Source of the DNA: a virus
Direction: 5' to 3' (one strand)
DNA: 64,000 nucleotides
Virus record (IMG/VR): IMGVR_UViG_3300021406_000010
Span: 1-64,000 of that record
How positions within the stretch are numbered: the first letter of the stretch is position 1; every line of letters starts with the position of its first letter. The notes beneath the pieces are model-generated. The model saw only the letters and a program-made list of their open reading frames with translations. It was not told the origin of the DNA and searched no databases. Made by a program: the position numbers and the translations under genes. Below are positions 48,814 through 58,558 of the stretch, piece after piece.

Positions 48814-51800
48814 GGCAAGGATCCTCCTCCCAGCGGGAAGCCTACATCGTCCTTGCCACGGCGCACCCGCAGCTCGGCGAACCGCACCCCCACCGGAGGC
48901 CGGGCGGCCGACATGTCCTCGCCATCTTCCAGGAACCCGAGCGTCATGTGCGGCTTCCACTGCCGGTGCTCACTGGCCGACAGGTCTTCCAGGGCCTCCC
49001 GCAGCGCGGTGATGCCAGGCGCGTGCACGTGGGTGAACGCCGGGACCTTGCCGTCGTCGCCCGGCGGGAAGGACCCGACCCCCTGCAGCACCGCGTCCAT
49101 CGGGGGATGCGCGGCGGCGGCGGTCCTGGCCCGGTCGCAGGCGGCGGCGTACGCCTCGTCGCTGACGTCCGCCCCCAGGTAGACCAGGGTGACGTGCTGG
49201 TGGTCGACGGCGCCCGGCAGCGGCTCGACCAGGCCGCTGGGGACGGGCAGGTAGATCATCCCGGAGCGGGGCTTCAGGTCATAGCCGGAGGCGGCGGTGA
49301 CCGGCGGGAGCTGGTGGACGCGCCTGCGGTAGTTGCTGACCAGCGCCATGGCGTCGGCATGGTGGCGCAGGAAGTCGCCACCCGATCCCGGCTCGATCGC
49401 GTCGAGGGCGGTGGCGTAGTGCCGGGCGAACTCCGGGCCGTGCATTACCTCGTCGGGGAGCCTGGCCAGCGGGTCCAGCCCGGCATGGTGGATGTGCAGC
49501 AGGTGCCCCGCCTCGTGGGCGACGGTGCCCCGGCGCCAGTGCTCCGGGTACAGCAGCGCCACCCCGGGGTGCCCGTCGATGAGCGCCACGCTGGAGGCAC
49601 CGCGTCGCGGGTCCTGGTGGGCGATGACGGAAGCGCGGGCCGCCTTGGCCGCCGGGTAGCCGCCAGCCGCCAGGGCGTGGCGCAGGATGGCCGACCCTGC
49701 CTCGCTCGGCATGCCCAGCAAGCCGCTGAAGTCGTCGGGGTCTCGGTCGTCGAGCGGGGCGGCGAGGGCGGGATGGTCAGCGTAGGCGCGATCCTGGGCG
49801 ATGCGGATGACGGCCTTGTGCGGGCGGTCGGCCGCCCAGGCGCTCAGCGGGCTCCACGCTCCACCGCGCGCTGACTCCCGGCGGCGTGGCTCCAACGATG
49901 AGGCCGTCCTGCTTGGAGGCTCATGCGGAACCCTGCTCGCGATCTTGCCCTGGTTCAGGATGATGTGGCCGACGAAGTCCTTGGGCGGGTGGAACTCCAG
50001 CACGTCGGCGCCGGCGTCCCTGGCCTGCTGCACGCTGTCCACCATTGCCTTCAGGCTAGAAAGGCCAGCCTTCCGGACCACGGCGTCTGGCGCCATCTCG
50101 ATGCGGTCCACTTTCGGCCCGTAGAGCCTGGCGACCTCAGGATCGTGGGACACGAACAGCCCGGCGTTGTCCCAGGCGTCGATGCCCGTCAGGGCGCGCT
50201 CCTTGCGCCCGTAACCGTGGTAATAGACGCGAGGGCGGACTGGCTTCCGCGCTGCCCCTGACTTGCGCACCTTCTCCCACGACGCGGCGAATCCCGGGTG
50301 CAGCGGCAGTCCCTTCATCTCCCCTGGGGTGAACCACCCGTGGCCGGAAGACTCCCAGTCGGCGTCCGGGTCGCCGCCGCGCGGGGCGAACCGGGAGGGG
50401 GAGTCCATCACCACGGTCGAATAGGCCCATCCGCCATGATCGTCAGTGTGGGTCCGGACGTGCCGCAGGCCGCCCGGCAGCGGCCCCAGCTCCTCCTCGG
50501 CCTCCCGCCGCGCCCCTTCCTCGGGGGACTCGCCGCGTCGCAGCGCCCCGCCGGGCGTCGACCAGGTGCCCCCGTGCTGGACGTAAGGGGAGCGGTGCTG
50601 CAGGAGGTAGCGGTACTGGCCGTCATCGCCCCGGTGGCGGACGAGCAGCCCGGCCGCGCCCGCCGTGCCCCAGTGGGAATGGCCCTGGGCGCAGGTGGTG
50701 TAGTCTTCGGTGTCGCCCTCGTCGTCATCCTCGCCTGGCATCGAGGTGACTTCCATGCCGATCCGGCGGATGACCCGGACGGGGTGCTTGCTGGTGAAGG
50801 TGCTTGCGTTGAAGTCGTGACGGTAGGGACCGAGCGGCTCTACCTCGTAGACGTACGCCTGCTCTCCCGGTCGCCCGGGACGGCCGAAGGCGGGGATCGC
50901 CCCGGTAGCCAGCTCGGCGAATGTCCGGGCCGATGACTCACGATCGGTGAAGTACACGCTGCCTGGGTCACTCCCCTTCATCGTCCTCTCGTGAGACTGC
51001 GCGGGGTCCAGGACGTGGCCGGGATCATAGGGCTTGTTCGTGCCGTGGAAGAAGCGCTGTGGCTCCTCCTCCAGCGCCGACGTGACGTCCATGCCGTGGC
51101 TGAGGCGATGATGCGTCCAGGCGGGGTCATCCTTCAGGCGCGTCCTGGCCTGGTGATCCGGGGGCGCCCAGGAGATGCCCATCAGCCGGACGGGAGCGCC
51201 CTTGCGGATCGGCACCTCGGCGTGATCCTCGTGCCCCCTCTCGTCATAGCGGGTAGTGCCCAGCTCGTCGAGGACGCCAGGGTCTTCCTCGATGTGCTCG
51301 CGGGCAGGCGCCTGGGCGTGCAACATGACCGGAGTGGCCCCCGGCACGGGCCTGGTGATGAGGTTCCCCTCGGCATACCCCTTGGCCGTCTCCCGGTTCC
51401 CGGACCAGTTCACCCCCGTGCCCTGGCCGACGTGGCGCAGCAGCAGCCGCGCCCGCTGGCGCACCGGCAGGGACTCATCGTGCACCTGCTCATGGACGCC
51501 GGGCGGCAGCAGGACGCTCAGCCCCCGGTGCACCTGGGCTGGCAGCCTGACGTGCTCCCACTCGGTGATCGCCGGGTGCTCGTAGCGCCACATCCGGTGG
51601 TCGGCCTCGTGCCGCCCGCTGCCGCCGTCGTTACGGTCGCTTCCGCAGTAAGGGCACGGGTCCGGCTCGTCTTCGTCGCCTAGCGCTGCCTCGGCCTGCA
51701 GGCCGCCGCCGGTCATGTCGCGGGAGGCAGTGCGGCCTGGCAGGTTCCGCTGGTGGCTCTCCCAGTCGCCGTAGGCGCCCCCGAGGGTCTCGTCTTCGTC

Positions 51801-54713
51801 CCACAGGCGCCTCGGGATGGGCATCAGGTCAGGCTGGCGCCCTAGCGGCACCTCGCGCACGACGCGCAGCGGGTGGCGCGACATCCAGGAGTTCGGGGCC
51901 GGGCCGAACTCAGGGTCGTGCCCGCTGACCTCCTCCCTGTCAGGGAGCACGGGACCAGTCGGCTCGACCTCGAAGACGCGCCCCTGGTGGGGGGTCTTGG
52001 CCTGTGCGGCGAAGTCTGCCGCCTCGTCCCGGTCGTCGGTCGCGTAGACGTGCTCGCGCTTCCTGTCCCAGGTCCTGTCCGGGGAGTTGCTCGGGTGACC
52101 GGGGCTGATCAGGTCGCCTGGCCTGAAGGGGAAGCGGGCACCGTGGTAGATCGGCACGCTCTCGTCGCGGGCGGCCGTGTGCTGCCCGGCCGGCGGCCCG
52201 TCGCCGATCATGTCCCTGAACCGCTGGTGGTGGTAGGTGAAGTCGTCCCCGGCGTGCTTCGAGATCTTGTTGAGCACCGCCCCGTAGGCCCGCGCCCACT
52301 CCGGCCCGTGGGACTCCTCGTCCGGCGCGTGCTCGTTCGGCTTCCGGCCATGGGCGAGCAGGACGACGTGGTGGGCGCACTCGTGGGCGGCGGTGCCGTA
52401 GTCCCACATCTGCGGGTGCAGGGTGACGCCGGGATGGCCGTCCAGCCACGCGGGGTTGGACGTCTTCCGCTCCGGGTGCGGGTGCCGGGAGACGAACGAC
52501 CCTTCCGTCAGCTCGGCCGGGTACCCGGCGTGCCGCAGGAGGTGGCCCACCATCTCATCGCCCTCGTCGCCCGTGGGGAAGGGCATGCCCAGCCTCGGGT
52601 GCTGCCGGCGGACCTCCTGCTGGGCCAGGGCAGTAGCGGCGTGCCACGGCTCGTGCCCGCGCAGGCCCCACTCATCCATCTCCCGGTCCAGGTCGGCGGC
52701 GTCGCGGATAAGCGGCTCGTCCTCGGGGACGTGCGCGGCGGTCTTCCCGAACGGGTCGTCGGCCTCCCCGCGCCGCATGTAGGCGTCATACTCGGCCGGG
52801 ACGGCCTTCCGGTGCTCGCGCCAGTGCCGGTAGCTGGCGAGGTAGTCATCCCCCGGCTGGTAGTCGCCGTGCTCCTGGGTCCGGACGTACGGCACGGGAA
52901 CACCAAGCCGCCAGGCGACCGCCGCCCGGTGGTGGCCGCCTCCTACTTCCCAGGCGCCCTCGTCATGGTGGGCGACCTCAACCGGGTGCTCGAAGCCGTG
53001 CTCGCGGACGTGTGCCTCCAGGTCTGCCATGTAGCGCGGCTCGCGGCGCAGCAGGTCAGCAGTTACCCCGGCGATGTCATGGTGAGGGTAGTCCGTGAAG
53101 GTCAGCCGACTGAGGTCGCCAGGGTGCAGGACGCCAGACTCTGCCTCATCCTCGTCGTCTAGCGCGGCGGTCTTGGGCGCGTGGGCCAGCTCCCGGATGC
53201 GGTGCAGCACCCCGCCCGGAGCGTATGCGACGTACTTTTCTGTCACGTTTGAAACGTCGTCCCAGCCGGTGCCATCCGGCCCGAACGCCATGTCGCGGCC
53301 CGCGTGCAGCCGGTCCCACAGCGCCCTCGCCTCGCGGGTGCGCAGCGGCTCCTCCAGCCGCAGGATGGCCCGCGCCTCGGCCAGCACCGCGCGGGCCTGC
53401 GCCAGGACGGCCGGGGGAAAATCGGCGAGCGAGTGCTGCGGGAGGTGCGGCGGGGAAACGCTCCAGCGCATGGCGGTGACGTCGTAGGCGGCGTAGGGCC
53501 TGATGGCGGTGACGCCGTCCTCGCCGCCGCCGATCGCCTGGTTGCAGTAGGCGGTGAGCGACCAGGCACCCCCGAACGGCGGGTGCCAGTCCGGGTCGTT
53601 GAACCGGGCGCGGAGCACCGCGTTCAGGGACTGCGTGACCTGGTCATCGCTCATGGCCGACAGGGCGGGTGAATGGGACCGGGCGCAGTCATAGTCCGCG
53701 CCTATGAGCACGTCCAGGTCCTGCGCCTCGTCGTTGGGGCGGCTGCCCGCCCACTCCGACGCCGACCCCCCGGCTATGTAGACCCGCAGCCAGGACTGCC
53801 AGTCGCTGCTCGCGATGCCGGAGTCCGCCCGCAGTGCCTGGTCCAGGCGGGTCATGATGGCCTCGCGGACCTCCGGGCGAAGCTGGCGGTCCTCATCGAA
53901 CAGGCGGGGGTCAAGGCCGGTGGTCGCCGAGAAGATCCCGGAGGAGGGCGACCAGCGGGCTGCTGCCGTCCTGTGCCGGTGCAGCTCCGGCATCAGGCAA
54001 CCCCGCGCCCTGGTCACCCGGACCTCCTCCAGCCCGGCATCCCGTGCCGCCATGTAGCGGTGCTCGCCGTCTTCCAGGATGGTCCCGTGCGAGCAGGTTA
54101 CGAGGGAGCCGGGGACCGTGCCATGGTCCTCGGCGTAGCCGCGCAGGGCCGCCTGCTCCCGGGCAGCCCCTGCCGCTGCTTCGTCACCGTATCTCTTCTG
54201 CGGCTCGTCCTCGGGATGGCGGTACTCCCACACGTCGCCCAGGGTCATCCCCGGGTGGTTCATCGAGGCTACGCCGTGCAGGTCATCAAGCGGCACCATC
54301 GCGCCCCGGTCCTGCGGGCCGGGGCCTTCCGCCGCCCCGGTCACGCTTTTGGGCGGAACGTGCTCCCGCAGGACGCGCACGGGATGCCTGGAGCGGTACG
54401 CCTCTGGCTCGATGCCGCCTTCCTGCAGCTCCGGGTCGGGCTCCATCGGCCCGGTGGGCTGGACCACATACACGCGAGGGGTACTCCCGGGGTTCGCGCG
54501 CACCGCCTCGTCAGCGAAGAAGTCCGCCATCTCGTGCGTGGTGGAGGCGTAGACGTGCTCCCTGGCCCCGCCCTCGCCGATGGCCCCGAGGTCATCGTTC
54601 GCGGGAAATCCGGGAGCGACCAGGTCACCGCGCCTGAGCTTGCGGTGTGTGCCGTGATACCAGGGGCCGCCCGCGTCCGCCCCCCCGGTCACGCTTTTGG
54701 GCCAGGCTCCCAT
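48810..54713 (-). CDS. Giant polyvalent protein 3: 3 Arr-like ART, 2 other ART-like, 2 ParB-like, Pol-beta nucleotidyltransferase, 2 zincin, Nudix, 2H phosphoesterase
   Basis: YHGT/FHGT...VYEVEP.G...HP.RV; DGEHR, GGHHR; GGSAS...DLDV; HECAH, HEAGH with HGPE; GGALRRGESPEEGARREAEEELG; HVT...HMT. Confidence 0.85.
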   Translation of the reverse strand: MGAWPKSVTGGADAGGPWYHGTHRKLRRGDLVAPGFPANDDLGAIGEGGAREHVYASTTHEMADFFADEAVRANPGSTPRVYVVQPTGPMEPDPELQEGGIEPEAYRSRHPVRVLREHVPPKSVTGAAEGPGPQDRGAMVPLDDLHGVASMNHPGMTLGDVWEYRHPEDEPQKRYGDEAAAGAAREQAALRGYAEDHGTVPGSLVTCSHGTILEDGEHRYMAARDAGLEEVRVTRARGCLMPELHRHRTAAARWSPSSGIFSATTGLDPRLFDEDRQLRPEVREAIMTRLDQALRADSGIASSDWQSWLRVYIAGGSASEWAGSRPNDEAQDLDVLIGADYDCARSHSPALSAMSDDQVTQSLNAVLRARFNDPDWHPPFGGAWSLTAYCNQAIGGGEDGVTAIRPYAAYDVTAMRWSVSPPHLPQHSLADFPPAVLAQARAVLAEARAILRLEEPLRTREARALWDRLHAGRDMAFGPDGTGWDDVSNVTEKYVAYAPGGVLHRIRELAHAPKTAALDDEDEAESGVLHPGDLSRLTFTDYPHHDIAGVTADLLRREPRYMADLEAHVREHGFEHPVEVAHHDEGAWEVGGGHHRAAVAWRLGVPVPYVRTQEHGDYQPGDDYLASYRHWREHRKAVPAEYDAYMRRGEADDPFGKTAAHVPEDEPLIRDAADLDREMDEWGLRGHEPWHAATALAQQEVRRQHPRLGMPFPTGDEGDEMVGHLLRHAGYPAELTEGSFVSRHPHPERKTSNPAWLDGHPGVTLHPQMWDYGTAAHECAHHVVLLAHGRKPNEHAPDEESHGPEWARAYGAVLNKISKHAGDDFTYHHQRFRDMIGDGPPAGQHTAARDESVPIYHGARFPFRPGDLISPGHPSNSPDRTWDRKREHVYATDDRDEAADFAAQAKTPHQGRVFEVEPTGPVLPDREEVSGHDPEFGPAPNSWMSRHPLRVVREVPLGRQPDLMPIPRRLWDEDETLGGAYGDWESHQRNLPGRTASRDMTGGGLQAEAALGDEDEPDPCPYCGSDRNDGGSGRHEADHRMWRYEHPAITEWEHVRLPAQVHRGLSVLLPPGVHEQVHDESLPVRQRARLLLRHVGQGTGVNWSGNRETAKGYAEGNLITRPVPGATPVMLHAQAPAREHIEEDPGVLDELGTTRYDERGHEDHAEVPIRKGAPVRLMGISWAPPDHQARTRLKDDPAWTHHRLSHGMDVTSALEEEPQRFFHGTNKPYDPGHVLDPAQSHERTMKGSDPGSVYFTDRESSARTFAELATGAIPAFGRPGRPGEQAYVYEVEPLGPYRHDFNASTFTSKHPVRVIRRIGMEVTSMPGEDDDEGDTEDYTTCAQGHSHWGTAGAAGLLVRHRGDDGQYRYLLQHRSPYVQHGGTWSTPGGALRRGESPEEGARREAEEELGPLPGGLRHVRTHTDDHGGWAYSTVVMDSPSRFAPRGGDPDADWESSGHGWFTPGEMKGLPLHPGFAASWEKVRKSGAARKPVRPRVYYHGYGRKERALTGIDAWDNAGLFVSHDPEVARLYGPKVDRIEMAPDAVVRKAGLSSLKAMVDSVQQARDAGADVLEFHPPKDFVGHIILNQGKIASRVPHEPPSRTASSLEPRRRESARGGAWSPLSAWAADRPHKAVIRIAQDRAYADHPALAAPLDDRDPDDFSGLLGMPSEAGSAILRHALAAGGYPAAKAARASVIAHQDPRRGASSVALIDGHPGVALLYPEHWRRGTVAHEAGHLLHIHHAGLDPLARLPDEVMHGPEFARHYATALDAIEPGSGGDFLRHHADAMALVSNYRRRVHQLPPVTAASGYDLKPRSGMIYLPVPSGLVEPLPGAVDHQHVTLVYLGADVSDEAYAAACDRARTAAAAHPPMDAVLQGVGSFPPGDDGKVPAFTHVHAPGITALREALEDLSASEHRQWKPHMTLGFLEDGEDMSAARPPVGVRFAELRVRRGKDDVGFPLGGGSLP
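54335..54702. repeat. 20-bp direct repeat (54335..54354 and 54683..54702) flanking one ART domain
   Basis: ccccggtcacgcttttgggc twice, 348 bp apart, in frame (PKSVTG). Confidence 0.8.
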
Positions 54714-57700
54714 GACCCTTCCGGGCCGTCGCCCGCCGCCGCGATCACCCGCAGCGCCAGGTCATGCACCGCCTCGGCGACCTCCCGGGCGACCGGGGCG
54801 TCCTCCAGCCTGACGGCCACCGCCAGCAGCCGCTCCCCGGTGAACCGCAGGAACCCCGGGATGGCGGCGAGCAGCTCCCGTGCCTCGTCCGCAGCAGTGC
54901 CGGCGGTGATGGCGGCCGGGACCACGTCGGCGACGGGGGAGATGACCATGCCCTGCGAGGCGGACTCCTCGTTGTCGCCGACCCGGCGGATGACGCGCAG
55001 CGGATGCGCGGACTTCCACTCATCGCCGTTGTAGCCGCCCTTCACCTCGCCGGTCGGCGCCACCTCGTAGACGTGGCCGCCAGCGTCCCGGGCGTAGTCC
55101 CGCGCCCCGGTCAGGTCGGTGGTGAAGTGGTTGAACTGCGAGCGCGGTCCCTCGTCGCCCCACGCGTTGGTCGGATGGCCGACAGTGACCTGGCTGCCCT
55201 CGCGCAGCCGCTTCGACCGGCTGCCATGGTAGAAGGGGCCGGTGACCTGCTGCTCCTTGCTGACGTAACCGCCCTCCGGGCCGTGCGTCTGGTACCGCCA
55301 GGTGAACGACGGGGGACCAGGTGGCTCCAGGGCGGCCTCGTGCCGGGAACCGCCGTCGTCCTCGTCCGGCTCGTGCAGGTGCCGGTACTCCTCCGGGACC
55401 GGCATCTCCCGCTTGACGTCGAACCCGGCGCGGCTGCGCACGTCATCGTCGTTGTTGCCGCGCGGCCACCCGTCCTTCAGGTAGAACGGGTCCTTCTCCA
55501 GGTCATCGGCCTTCGGCGTCACCTGGTAGACGCGCGGCGGACGGCCGAGCGTCAGGCTGGCCTTCTCCGCGTAGCCCCAGGCGTGCGCCAGGCCCGCCGT
55601 GGCGTACCCGTGCGTGCCCTCGTGGTCCATCCCGAAAGCGCGGCCACGGCCGGGAGTGACCTCCTGCAGGCCCTCCTCGGTGGTGCCATGGTAGTAGGGG
55701 CCCCTCGCGGGCAGCCCCTGCCGGTGGCGCTCGACGTTCTCGTCCAGGCGCGCCTGCCTGCCTGCAGCCGCCTCCGGGCTGACGTCGAAGGCGTGCGAGC
55801 AGTTAGCGCAGGTGGCCGTGCTCCCGCGACTGCCCGGCTGCCGCTCGCGGCTCCCGCACTGAGGGCACCTCTCCTGCGTCATCAGGGCCAGCTCGCGCTC
55901 GAACTCCGGGGATCGCCTGACCGGCTGGTGCCCCTCCCCGGGGAAGTGATGGACGGGGGCCTTGTGGCTGTCTGAGCAGTTCACGCAGAAGGGGGCCTCA
56001 CCGGGAACGCGCTCCTCGGCCCCGGACGCCTCATCGCGGTGGCGCGCCCACAGGAACCCGTCCAGGTCGCGCTCTGGCGCGATCCTGGTGTGCGGGCCGC
56101 CTTTGGTGGCGGCCGTCACCTCATGCCCCTCCCCGAAGTGCGCCTCCAGCTCCCGGGCCGCCGTGTGCTGCCGTGGCTCGTCCGCGTCAGCGGCATGCGG
56201 GAACCCCGGGTAGGAGGTCCGCTTCCGCTCGCCGCTCGGGTAGTTCAGCGGGGCGGGCCGGTCCTGCGCCTCCGCGCCGTGGAACGGCCCCCTGCGCCCG
56301 TCGGCGAACGGCTCGTCCTCGTGCGGGGAGTAGGCGACGTAGGCGCGGATGCTGGGCCAGTGAGCCGCGTTGGCGCCGTTCGCCCGGTGGTGCCCGTCGG
56401 CCACCTGGAACACGCCGTGGCGGTGCACCAGGACCACCGGGGGAACCTTGTCGCGCTGCCGGTGGTCCCTGAACCCGTCGGCGGCGCGCTTCACGCGGGG
56501 GTCCCACGGCTCGGCCTTCATGTAGTCGATGCGGCTGGTGTCCACCGTGCGCGGGCGGAACCGGATCTCTGACCCCGGGTAGCCGGTGAGCGGGTGCAGT
56601 TCACCGGTGGACTCGGCATAGGGATGTCCTGGCCGGTCGTGGTACAGCTCGGCAGCAGCATCGCCGATGTCCCAGCCGTATCCGTTGCCCGTGTCCGGCC
56701 CGAATCCCTCAGGCGCCCCGTGGACTTCAGGGTCCCCGTACAGGTGCGGGTGCCGCCTCCCGATCTCCTCCCAGGTGAGACCGTCATCGTCTCGGCCAGC
56801 CTCCAGGACGGCCTGGCGGTGCTGCGGGGTGCCCCCCAGCTCGGTCAGCGGCCTGCGGCAGTAGTGGCAGCGCAGCTCCGCCGACGGGTCGCGGACCTCG
56901 TACCGGCCCGAAGACCGGCCAGCAGGCTCCCCGAAGGGGCCGTTCAGCTGGGGCATGTCCCCGCCGGGGAAGATGCCGTGCTCGTCGTGCTCCGGCTCGC
57001 CCTCGGCGAACGTGTGGTGCACCCCGATGCCATGGGCGCGGTCCTCAGCGTGCGACTGCTCGCAGGTGAGGTTGCAGTACCTTCCCTGGTCGTACTCGCC
57101 CCGGTCCCAGCGCTCGTCCCGGGCGCGGTCCCGGGCCAGGGCCGCCTCCACCTCCGGGGAGTGGCCGTCCTCCGGCCAGTGACGCACCTCGGCGCCCTCG
57201 CGGCGGGAGCAGTGCAGGCACTGCGGCACCTCATCTGGGTCGCGCTCGGTGATACCGTCGTCCTCACCCCTGCGCATGGCCCAGGCGAAGCCATGCTCAT
57301 CCTGCTCAGGCGGCATCCGCCGGTAGGACTGATGGTCCTCGTCATCCATGTCGTCCCAGGGCTCGCCATCGTCGTCCTCGCCGCTCGCGGCAGCCTCCAG
57401 GGCGGCAGTGCGCCCGTCGTCATTGCCCTCCAGGTAGCGCATGGCCTCGTCGTGCCCCGGCCCGGCGAACATCCGGTCGATATCGCGGCCGGCATCCCGC
57501 CCGGCCCTCTCGCGGCCCGCCAGCTCGTGGTGCTCGGCCAGCGCCGCGTGCCAGTCGTCGGAAGTGCCCCAGCGGTAGTGGTGCCGGGTGCTATCCGGCG
57601 TGAACGGCTGGTCGCCCTCCACGTGCGGCGGCGTTCCCGGGTCGAGTTCCTTGTGCCGCCAGGCGTCCTCGGTGACCTCCGTCGGGCCGGAGCGCGAGGT

Positions 57701-58558
57701 GACCTTCCCGTGCAGGATGTCCGCCATCGATGACGGGCACTCGGCGCTGTCCGTGCACTCCGCCTGGGTGTGGGGACGCGGCCAGGTCAGCCGGTCGTTG
57801 CAGTACTGGCACTCCTCGCCCCGCACCGGGTCGCCGTACCGGCGCATCCGGCCCCAGGAGGCCCCCTCCATGTCGGAGACGTCCTCCCGGGCCTCGTGCT
57901 CCCACCAGTTCTTGCACGACGGGCACGAGTAGCCTCCCTCGCCCGACCAGGCGTAGCGCGCGTCGTCCGGGCCGCTGACCGCCTCCATCCGGGCGACGGC
58001 CCGCTCGTGCTCGCCGGTGCGGGCGTGCTCCGCCTCGATCCTCGGCCGCAGGTCATCCCAGTACGTCTTGCCCTCGCCGCCAGCGGCCTCGTCATTTGCG
58101 GCAGCAGCTTCCAGGGCGGCCGTGTGCCCGCGCAGGTCGGGAACCTCGCGGATCACCTCGGCAGGATCCTGGGTCGCCCAGTCATGCCCTTGCGCGTCGC
58201 TGCGGTGGCCGATCCAGCCGACCGGCCGTACCTCGTAGACGTGGCGCCCGTACCCCCTTGCCCCCTTGCCGTGCCCGCCGGGCCCCCAGTCGTCCTCGGG
58301 GTGCTCCGTCATGTAGACGTGCTCCAGCGGCTCGTCGGTGAAGTTGCCGGGGTGCCCTGGCTCGACGTGGCCGCCGGGCGCGATCTCGTGCCTGGTCCCG
58401 TGGTAGAGCGGTCGCGGGGCGTCCAGCGGGTGCCGGTGGTCCTCCAGGCCAGAGTCGCTGGGTAGTAGCGGTCCTGCGCGCCTTCCGGCCCCCGGGCGTG
58501 GATGACGCCGTAGGTGCCGTGGTTGTAGCTCCACCCGGCCGGGGACGGGGGCGTCCAT
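54689..58558 (-). CDS. Giant polyvalent protein 2: 3 Arr-like ART, ParB-like, several zinc fingers; 5' end probably continuous with upstream ORF
   Basis: LYHGT, YYHGT, FYHGS domains; VADGHHRA; CxxC pairs. Confidence 0.8.
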   Translation of the reverse strand: MDAPVPGRVELQPRHLRRHPRPGAGRRAGPLLPSDSGLEDHRHPLDAPRPLYHGTRHEIAPGGHVEPGHPGNFTDEPLEHVYMTEHPEDDWGPGGHGKGARGYGRHVYEVRPVGWIGHRSDAQGHDWATQDPAEVIREVPDLRGHTAALEAAAANDEAAGGEGKTYWDDLRPRIEAEHARTGEHERAVARMEAVSGPDDARYAWSGEGGYSCPSCKNWWEHEAREDVSDMEGASWGRMRRYGDPVRGEECQYCNDRLTWPRPHTQAECTDSAECPSSMADILHGKVTSRSGPTEVTEDAWRHKELDPGTPPHVEGDQPFTPDSTRHHYRWGTSDDWHAALAEHHELAGRERAGRDAGRDIDRMFAGPGHDEAMRYLEGNDDGRTAALEAAASGEDDDGEPWDDMDDEDHQSYRRMPPEQDEHGFAWAMRRGEDDGITERDPDEVPQCLHCSRREGAEVRHWPEDGHSPEVEAALARDRARDERWDRGEYDQGRYCNLTCEQSHAEDRAHGIGVHHTFAEGEPEHDEHGIFPGGDMPQLNGPFGEPAGRSSGRYEVRDPSAELRCHYCRRPLTELGGTPQHRQAVLEAGRDDDGLTWEEIGRRHPHLYGDPEVHGAPEGFGPDTGNGYGWDIGDAAAELYHDRPGHPYAESTGELHPLTGYPGSEIRFRPRTVDTSRIDYMKAEPWDPRVKRAADGFRDHRQRDKVPPVVLVHRHGVFQVADGHHRANGANAAHWPSIRAYVAYSPHEDEPFADGRRGPFHGAEAQDRPAPLNYPSGERKRTSYPGFPHAADADEPRQHTAARELEAHFGEGHEVTAATKGGPHTRIAPERDLDGFLWARHRDEASGAEERVPGEAPFCVNCSDSHKAPVHHFPGEGHQPVRRSPEFERELALMTQERCPQCGSRERQPGSRGSTATCANCSHAFDVSPEAAAGRQARLDENVERHRQGLPARGPYYHGTTEEGLQEVTPGRGRAFGMDHEGTHGYATAGLAHAWGYAEKASLTLGRPPRVYQVTPKADDLEKDPFYLKDGWPRGNNDDDVRSRAGFDVKREMPVPEEYRHLHEPDEDDGGSRHEAALEPPGPPSFTWRYQTHGPEGGYVSKEQQVTGPFYHGSRSKRLREGSQVTVGHPTNAWGDEGPRSQFNHFTTDLTGARDYARDAGGHVYEVAPTGEVKGGYNGDEWKSAHPLRVIRRVGDNEESASQGMVISPVADVVPAAITAGTAADEARELLAAIPGFLRFTGERLLAVAVRLEDAPVAREVAEAVHDLALRVIAAAGDGPEGSWEPGPKA

